NCBI GenBank assembly: GCA_002353555.1
Contig: DEJO01000018.1
Coordinates: 1,572 to 65,571 of the forward strand
Direction of reading: 5' to 3'
DNA: 64,000 bases
Source of the DNA: Prevotella sp. UBA2746
Lineage (GTDB): Bacteria; Bacteroidota; Bacteroidia; Bacteroidales; Bacteroidaceae
Under the pieces are notes generated by a model. The model ran no database searches and was not told the origin of the DNA. It worked only from the letters and a program-made list of their open reading frames with translations. The translations under genes were made by a program, and so were the position numbers. Shown here one piece after another: positions 58,401 to 64,000 of this stretch. Every line of letters starts with the position of its first letter. Positions within the stretch are counted from its first letter, which is position 1.

Positions 58401-58560
58401 GACACACATCGACGAGATACCGGCAGTCAGCGGGCAACAGCTGCGCAAGTCCGACCACATCTACAACGTCATGGGAGCCTATGTCGGTCCTGCCAGTTGC
58501 TTCGACCGCCTGCCCAGAGGTGTATATGTGCTGAACGGAGTCAAGTATATTAAGAAGTAA
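55468..58560 (+). CDS. GH3 beta-glycosidase with inserted CBM6-like module, FN3-like domain and sorting tail
   Basis: WNEALHGV, RDPRWGR.EE.YGEDP, KHFAAN, GYVTSDC, YPFGYGLSYT; insert NGDWIVFDEIDFG. Confidence 0.92.
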   Translation: MKKRTLSLFAAALLLGGNLMAQDLEKYPWLDKSKSFHERAVLLVKELTLREKVDQLGNNVSEAIKRDGVVIVPSYQYWNEALHGVARSGAATSFPESKGMSCTWNPQLVFDCANAISDEARWYHVNKGKGLNYWSPTINMARDPRWGREEENYGEDPFLAGTLGVQFIKGFQGEITPETPYYKLVATAKHFAANNYERGRQSTTSFVTEKNMREYYLPAFKMCVEQADVKSIMAAYNALSTNKDEKDANNKGYANAHGGLPCAGNKMLLTDILRKEWGFSGYVTSDCAGVACIHRATKHLYFGPYTAGNINTNKEFDAIHNPYGSATPEEIMMEARSASLAIKAGLDTNCEFMSQSSVLQRAAVNAATPEFQAQEQAAPNGLKYVTLTEEDIDQAVIRVLETRFALGEFDNYVYPVDNTLESEANQALALKAAQESIVLMKNEKATESDAAPLLPISADKKVALIGPYANQIMLGDYSGTPTYTTTPFEAFSKKMNFEPKKDTYNFLDYNSFYAKRGETKFRDGDHIGNTSNGDWIVFDEIDFGEGCTNFTCLAATRLTKSGDVVDGSKSGIGHIDFYLDDATTPSLTVSNADIAAGNWTTYKEISQDIDKTVFQGKHKVTIRFVADAGMNYAGNWKTFSFFNPESRPLEEQGPLYMVETSTSVNEVATTEMINRAKAVAQKADVVVFIGGTDYSKPDDHATGTEGHDRWKITLPGNQEEVLKAVKEVNPNVVLVLESGSSLDITWAKANIPAIIEAWYGGQAQGQAICDAIYGDINPGGKLTSTWYNSVEELPSANSNAQNYSSFGREGMMEYNIDDWGYTYMYYGKGKKNPCQAAKPMYPFGYGLSYTTFSYGGFNIPDNFNIGQTKDVTLTVTNTGTRPGDEVIQVYASFPGSTVGRPIKKLVGFQRVTVPAGETVAVTIPVSHENFSYFDETTHTFRTESAAELQVATSSADEDVKYKQQVVTEAGTVGETYISTHIDEIPAVSGQQLRKSDHIYNVMGAYVGPASCFDRLPRGVYVLNGVKYIKK

Positions 58561-58718
58561 GGCCCTTCCCAACCCTAGGCCCTCCCCAACCCTCCCTAAA
58601 GGGAGGGCTTTTTCTTTTGTAGTCCTTACGAATAAAATAAACCCTCCCTAAAGGGAGGGCTTTTTTGTAGTCCTTACTCATCAATACCCCCTCCCTTTAG
58701 GGAGGGTTGGGAAGGGCC
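58561..58718. repeat. REP doublet/cluster between convergent stop codons
   Basis: Perfect 16-bp terminal inverted repeats ggcccttcccaaccct / agggttgggaagggcc; internal ccctccctaaagggaggg palindromes. Confidence 0.85.
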
Positions 58719-61700
58719 TAATTGCCTTTCTCCTTTCTAAACTCGCTTGGCGTAAACCCTGTTTCCTTCTTGAAGCACTTGCTGAAGTACTTCGGGTCGG
58801 AGAAGCCGACGGCATAGGCTATCTGCGAGAAGTTCTGTGTGGAGTTGACGATAAGGTACTCGGCATGCTGTATGCGCAGATGGCGCAGGAAGTCGACAGG
58901 TGTCATGCCGACGATACTCTTCAGCTTGCCGTAGAAAGCCGAGCGTCCCAGGTTGACAGCATCAGCAAGGTCCTCTATGCGCAGGTCTGCATCGCCGATG
59001 TTCTCCTCGATAAAGTTCATGAGGCGGCTCATCATCTCCTCGTCAGGATTGACGATCTCAGGCGTCTCCAGCCTATACACCTTCTTCTCCGCCGGCTCAG
59101 CCTCCACAGCCGTTGCCTGCTGAGCGTCCTGCTCCAGCTTCTTGGCATCCAGCTCCTCACGATACTGCCGCAACAGGTTCTCCATGCGCTGCTCTCGCTC
59201 CTGCTGCTGCTGCCGGTATTGCAGGTAGGTGACCACACCCCATGTGGCGAGTCCTATCACCGTGAGCAACAGCAACAACCTCACCCATCCACGCTCCAGC
59301 CATGTCGGTTCCACGTCTATGATGATGGTGGTCTCGTTGTCTACCCACACACCGTCACAGTTGGTACTCCTGACCACCAGCGTGTGCCTGCCGGGGGTCA
59401 GGTCGCTAAAAGCTATCTGCGGCGTGCGCCCTAAGTAGTTCCACTGTCCTTCCTCCTCGTCCATGCGGTAGGCATACTGCAACAGCGCATTGTCTTCATA
59501 GTCCAGCGCTGCGAAGTTGAGCGTCAGGCTGCGCTGGTGCGGTTCTATCGTCAGCTCGTCACAATGCAGTACGGGCTGCACCTGCTGTTCGCCCTGATAC
59601 TTCACGCCAGTAAACACAATCTTCGGCGAGAAGTTGCTCTTCTTCATGCTTCGCGGCTGAATGGCAAGGCTGCCGCCGACTACCGCCAGCACCACCTCGC
59701 CCGTCGTAGTGTTCAGAGTGGGCTGAGCCTCAGAGAACCTGATGAGCTCGCCCAGCTCGTTTGAGCCAAATGTTTCCACCCTGCCCGTCTTACGGTCATA
59801 GCGGTCTATGCTGCTCTCGCGTACCACCCACACGCTGCCGTCCTTGTCCTCGACGAGCGACTGTGGCAGGCTCTGTTGTCCGGCAAGAGGCTCGACGGTC
59901 TTCATGCGCAAGCCGTCCCTCAGCAGGCTACCACCTGCCATCTGCACGCCACCGCCCTGTGTGACCACCATCAGCGAGTCGTCTTTCAGCCGCAACACCT
60001 GCAACACGTCTACCGTCTTCAGGCTCTCGTCGTCGTCCTTGACATGGCGGGTGACGTAGGTTTTCAGAGGGAAAGCCGTCCCCTGCCCTCCCTGAAGGGA
60101 GGACGCATCCGTCAGTGAGGCGCGAGGAGAGAGTGGTTGGCAGACCAGCAGCCCGGCGGTCGTCGACAGAATCATGTTGCCCTTGCCGTCGTGGGTGATG
60201 CGTCGCACCTGCCGGAACTCCTCCATCGGATAACCCTTCATGCCGTTCTGCGGACTGACGAAGCTGAAGGTGCCATCCCCGGCGGCTACTGCTATGTTGG
60301 GACCTCCACCATAGGTCGCAATCCACACGCGCCCCTGCGGGTCTTCGTCGAAGCCGTATACCTCGTCGTGGCTCAACGACGCAGCCTCCGGACCGTGCCG
60401 GTAGTGAGCCATGCGCCCGTCAGGGGTCCTAACGTATATGCCGTCACCCTTCGTACCTATCCACAGCCTGCCGCGGCTGTCCTCGAAAAGCGCATAGACA
60501 CGGTTCGACAACCTCACGGGTGACGGTTGCAGTCCACCGCCTGCCGTCAGCCATCCCACGACGCGCCCTTCAGCACCTACAACCGCCACCTCACCGGTAA
60601 ACATGCCTACCCACGTGCGTCCCTGCCTGTCGACACACACCGCACGCGCCTCCTGGTTGGGCACCACCTGCGACTGCACAAAGCGATGCTTCATGAAGTT
60701 CACCAGCGTCAGTGCCCTCATGCCGGTGAACCAGAGGTTGTCCTGACGGTCGGTCATGAACTTGGCTATCGTCGCCAGGTCGGTCGTCGGCGTTCCCGTC
60801 TGCTGCTCCCAGAGGCTCATACCGTAGGGCGATGCCAGGATGTAGGGCACCAGGCGCCCTGCCTGCTCGTCGTAGTAGGCAAAGGTGCCGCCAGTGGGTA
60901 TCAGCCACACCGTGCCGAACTTGTCCTGATGGAACACGGGCACCTCGCTCGTCGTTGCCAACAGCGAGCTGACCACGGGCACCGTCATCAGCCGTTGCGT
61001 CCAGTCGGCGGTGTTGACAAGGGTGACTCCCTGTGCGTCGGTGAACACCCACAGCCGTTGCTGGCGGTCAGCGAAGACGGTCTTCACCTCGTGCGGCATG
61101 CCAGCCAGCGTGCATGTCACGCTGCCGCCCTGCGTCCCTTGCAGGGTGATGACCACGATGCCGGCGTCGGTGGCTGCCACGGCACGGCGGTCGTCGAGCC
61201 TCACCAGCGCGTTGATGCGGCTCACGCCCTGCGGCATGCGCACCATCCTGTCGCCGCGCCAGCCCTCCTGCCACAGCCCTACCTCTCCGCCGGGCGTTGC
61301 CAGCACCACCGTCCTGCCCAGCTGCACCATGTAGTCGTAGGGCTTCGTCGAGTCGAAGCTGCGCCCCACGATGGTGGCGCCGCCGTCGGTGAACACCCAT
61401 TCCCTGCCGTCGTCATCGAGCAGCACCTTGTGAATGGTCTTATGCTTAAACGGCTTGTCCTTCGGCAGGTAGGCGGTGATGCCCCTGCCCTCCCTCACCA
61501 GGCTGTCGTCGACGCAGAAGTTGGCAACACCGTCACGGCTCACCACCCACGAGTGGCCGTTGCCGAGGGTGTAGATGGCACGCACGTGGACCTCCTCGCC
61601 ACAGAGCTGCGCCAGCTGTTCGCCCACGTCCCTGTAGCGGCAGTCGCGCGTGTCGAAGAGGTACAGGTGGTTGTCGTAGGAGATACACCACAGGTCGTTC

Positions 61701-61996
61701 CTCGTCGTGGGGCGCAGGCTGTGCATGCGTACCGTGCTCAGTTGTGCACCCTGGTCGTGTCCGTTGATGCCCGTGCCGCCGCGGAAGGTCATGAAGTTGT
61801 AACCGTCGAAACAGCACAGCCCGTTCCATGTTGCCAGCCATATCAGGTCGTCGTCCGTCTGGGCGAAGCCCGAAATGGTGTTCGCCGCCAGTCCGTCGCG
61901 GATGGTGAAGGTGCGGACGCGGCACGACGGTTGCGCCGCCATGCTCATCGCACACAAAAGCAATATCACAAGTAGCAAGGTCTGTTTCGTTTTCAT
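58718..61996 (-). CDS. Membrane-anchored sensor-regulator: beta-propeller/Y_Y_Y sensor, TM helix, AraC HTH (no kinase or receiver domain)
   Basis: DGLAAN, WLATWNGL, LWIGTKG, FSDLTPG.HTL, TM segment, then IAYAVGFSDPKYFSKCFKK. Confidence 0.9.
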   Translation of the reverse strand: MKTKQTLLLVILLLCAMSMAAQPSCRVRTFTIRDGLAANTISGFAQTDDDLIWLATWNGLCCFDGYNFMTFRGGTGINGHDQGAQLSTVRMHSLRPTTRNDLWCISYDNHLYLFDTRDCRYRDVGEQLAQLCGEEVHVRAIYTLGNGHSWVVSRDGVANFCVDDSLVREGRGITAYLPKDKPFKHKTIHKVLLDDDGREWVFTDGGATIVGRSFDSTKPYDYMVQLGRTVVLATPGGEVGLWQEGWRGDRMVRMPQGVSRINALVRLDDRRAVAATDAGIVVITLQGTQGGSVTCTLAGMPHEVKTVFADRQQRLWVFTDAQGVTLVNTADWTQRLMTVPVVSSLLATTSEVPVFHQDKFGTVWLIPTGGTFAYYDEQAGRLVPYILASPYGMSLWEQQTGTPTTDLATIAKFMTDRQDNLWFTGMRALTLVNFMKHRFVQSQVVPNQEARAVCVDRQGRTWVGMFTGEVAVVGAEGRVVGWLTAGGGLQPSPVRLSNRVYALFEDSRGRLWIGTKGDGIYVRTPDGRMAHYRHGPEAASLSHDEVYGFDEDPQGRVWIATYGGGPNIAVAAGDGTFSFVSPQNGMKGYPMEEFRQVRRITHDGKGNMILSTTAGLLVCQPLSPRASLTDASSLQGGQGTAFPLKTYVTRHVKDDDESLKTVDVLQVLRLKDDSLMVVTQGGGVQMAGGSLLRDGLRMKTVEPLAGQQSLPQSLVEDKDGSVWVVRESSIDRYDRKTGRVETFGSNELGELIRFSEAQPTLNTTTGEVVLAVVGGSLAIQPRSMKKSNFSPKIVFTGVKYQGEQQVQPVLHCDELTIEPHQRSLTLNFAALDYEDNALLQYAYRMDEEEGQWNYLGRTPQIAFSDLTPGRHTLVVRSTNCDGVWVDNETTIIIDVEPTWLERGWVRLLLLLTVIGLATWGVVTYLQYRQQQQEREQRMENLLRQYREELDAKKLEQDAQQATAVEAEPAEKKVYRLETPEIVNPDEEMMSRLMNFIEENIGDADLRIEDLADAVNLGRSAFYGKLKSIVGMTPVDFLRHLRIQHAEYLIVNSTQNFSQIAYAVGFSDPKYFSKCFKKETGFTPSEFRKEKGN

Positions 61997-62107
61997 CGTC
62001 TCTTTCAGCACAATAGGTTTTGTTTTCGGTCAGAAGTTCTGCGGGTCTCCCCGCCGTTTCAGCTGCAAAGATAAGAAAAAGAAAACAAAAGAGAGAACGT
62101 GGAGAAA

Positions 62108-62203
62108 AAAAACTCCTTGCCGCAGACATAGAGGCGGCAAGGAGAAAACTCAAAGACATAGAAAAACCTCCAGATGCACGGTGATGAGCATCTGGAGGTT
62201 TTG
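62108..62203 (-). terminator. Two tandem stem-loops downstream of GH57
   Basis: ctccttgccgc/gcggcaaggag and aaaacctccagatgc/gcatctggaggtttt, each with an A-tract on the left. Confidence 0.65.
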
Positions 62204-62236
62204 GTATGCGATGACTGCATCAAGCAGGTGTTGCCC

Positions 62237-63631
62237 CTACTCTTTCTCAGCAGCCTTCTTGGTTGTCTTCTTGGCAGCAGGCTTCTTTTCGGTCTTAGCC
62301 TTCTCCAGCTTGGCGCGTATCTTGTCGCTTTCGGCTTCAATCTTCTCGATTTTGTTCTGCAGGCGGAGTATTTCCTTCTCCTTCATCGTGATTTCGTCGC
62401 CCTGGTTCTTGATGGTGGTGAGCAGGGCGTTGAGTTCTTCGTTGTCAATCTCTTCGGGATAGAGGCTGTTGACGCGGCTCATGAAGTCGCCGAGGATGTT
62501 CATGTAGTTGGTGAAGGCATCGAAGGGGCTGCTGTAGATGCCGCGGTCGAGCCCGACGTTGCTAGGCTTGGTGGTCATGAAGCGGAAGTTGTTCGAGGCT
62601 TGCAGGTAGTCCCAGTCCTGGTTGATGCGCGGGTCGTTGGCGATGCGCACGCGGTCGGCGATGCTGTAGAGCTTGTTGAAAGCTTCGTGCTGCATGCTGT
62701 TGCCGAGCCAGCAGCTGACGTCGCGCTCCTCGTCAACCCAAGAGAGGGTGTCGGGAACGTTCAGTGTATCAACAGACTTCATCTTAGCGAAAATCTCTGA
62801 AGGCGTAGAGAACGTTATGCCCTTAGCCTTAGCGCATGCCGGCAGAGCCTTGAGGAACTCAAGGATATTGCTGCTCAACGGCTGTGCGATACCCAGCGCA
62901 AGGAGTTCCATGAAGATATTTATCACCTGCTCTTCCTCGGGAAATGCTGCTATGCGGTTGATGTAAGCGTCGGCAAAGAGTGGATAGCCGTCCCACTCAG
63001 AGTTGTTGAAGCGCAGAGAGATATCGTCAGAAAGCTCTACGTCGCGGAGCAACAGCTTGAGGTTCGGGTTCATGGCACAGTTATAAACATAGTGTGGAGA
63101 CTTCCATCCCAGCACATGCTTAGCACCTTCTGTCAGCATACCCTTGAAACCGAGGGCTGCCGCCTGAGCACCGATGTCGTCGCTATAGATGAGTGACGAG
63201 TTGCGCAGCACCGTAGGCTTCTTGCCGAAATACTCTTCTATCTTCTTTGCCTGTTTCTTAACGTCGGCAGCGAAGCACTCCTCGTTAGCCAGTGACGACA
63301 GTCCGTGACTGTAAGGCTCGGCGAGGAACTCCACGCATCCTGTCTCGTTGAGCTGCTGCAGTTTCTCCAGCACCTGAGGAGCGTGCATTTCGAGCTGTTC
63401 GATACCAGTTCCTGAGAGCGAGAAAGCAACCTTGAAGTAGTCGCCGTGCTCACGTATCATTTCCTGGATAGCTGTCAGTGCCGGCATGTACGAACGCTCG
63501 GCGATGTCTGTGATGCTACGCTCGTTCTCGTAGTCATCGTAATAGTAATGGTCGGTACCGATGTCGAAGAAGCGGTAGCGCTTGAGATGGATGATCTGGT
63601 GAATCTCAAAATACAAGCAAATTGTTTTCAT
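62237..63631 (-). CDS. Glycoside hydrolase family 57 (alpha-glucan/glycogen metabolism)
   Basis: LYFEIHQ, RSYMPA, FSLSG, PYSHGL, LSDDISLRF, SWVDEERD. Confidence 0.9.
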   Translation of the reverse strand: MKTICLYFEIHQIIHLKRYRFFDIGTDHYYYDDYENERSITDIAERSYMPALTAIQEMIREHGDYFKVAFSLSGTGIEQLEMHAPQVLEKLQQLNETGCVEFLAEPYSHGLSSLANEECFAADVKKQAKKIEEYFGKKPTVLRNSSLIYSDDIGAQAAALGFKGMLTEGAKHVLGWKSPHYVYNCAMNPNLKLLLRDVELSDDISLRFNNSEWDGYPLFADAYINRIAAFPEEEQVINIFMELLALGIAQPLSSNILEFLKALPACAKAKGITFSTPSEIFAKMKSVDTLNVPDTLSWVDEERDVSCWLGNSMQHEAFNKLYSIADRVRIANDPRINQDWDYLQASNNFRFMTTKPSNVGLDRGIYSSPFDAFTNYMNILGDFMSRVNSLYPEEIDNEELNALLTTIKNQGDEITMKEKEILRLQNKIEKIEAESDKIRAKLEKAKTEKKPAAKKTTKKAAEKE

Positions 63632-63649
63632 TATCTAATGTGTTTTAAG

Positions 63650-64000
63650 TTACTTATTAAGGGTTCGGAGATAAAGTTCCCTGATCCAAGTGCCCACTTT
63701 CTCCCATGTGATTTGGTCGACCTCACGTTTTCCTTCTTCCTGCAGGAAGTGGAACAGGCTGTCGTTGTGGCAGATGGAGTAGATGGCATCGGCGAGAGCG
63801 TGGATGTCCCAGTAGTCGACCTTGATGCAGTTGGTGAGTATTTCGGCGCATCCGCTCTGCCATGAGATGATGGATGGCGTGCCGCACTGCATGGCCTCGA
63901 GCGGCGATATGCCGAAGGGCTCTGAAACGGAGGGCATCACATAGACGTCGCTGTCCTTCAGGCACTCATACACCTGCTTGCCGCGCATGAATCCCGGGAA
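63650..64000 (-). CDS. Glycosyltransferase family 4, C-terminal part (5' end outside window)
   Basis: DVYVMPSVSEPFGISPLEAMQCG motif. Confidence 0.9.
   Translation of the reverse strand, partial: FPGFMRGKQVYECLKDSDVYVMPSVSEPFGISPLEAMQCGTPSIISWQSGCAEILTNCIKVDYWDIHALADAIYSICHNDSLFHFLQEEGKREVDQITWEKVGTWIRELYLRTLNK

Noticed and set aside
60100-62760. Apparent GC-rich patch suggesting a recombined or foreign segment
   Set aside because: Impression by eye only; needs a sliding-window GC3/codon analysis, and no boundaries or mobility genes were seen.

Overview
Prevotella-type (Bacteroidota) chromosomal window, judged from TAnnTTTG promoter boxes, a SusC/SusD pair and short T9SS-type C-terminal tails. 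Left third: housekeeping and envelope genes (DegT-family aminotransferase, S66 LD-carboxypeptidase, fmt, ClC, tsaC, VanW, ROK kinase, LysE, rfbD, prfC). Middle: an upxY-tatA-tatC-polyferredoxin-aldo/keto reductase cluster, a complete trp operon in the order D-C-F-A-B-E-G with an unlisted Trp-Trp-Trp leader peptide and attenuator, then rpe and an ECF sigma factor. Right half: a ~30-kb pectin (homogalacturonan) utilisation locus (GH28-GH105 fusion, four PL1 lyases, CE8, SusC/D, GH3, kinase-less propeller-AraC regulator), followed by GH57/GT4 genes. The most unusual signal is a set of small, apparently mobile DNA modules with no transposase in the window: (i) a DUF559 endonuclease-like domain bounded by inverted REP-like palindromes and inserted in frame inside the aminotransferase, with solo and empty REP relatives elsewhere; (ii) a four-helix-bundle gene bounded by inverted heptamer arrays capped with GCGAAGC mini-hairpins; (iii) a 170-bp MITE-like element in two copies; (iv) a heptamer-built divergent double-promoter cassette in two copies; (v) two related 22-bp tandem arrays; and (vi) in-frame repeat inserts in several genes. 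Family assignments come from motif recognition by eye, not from database searches.
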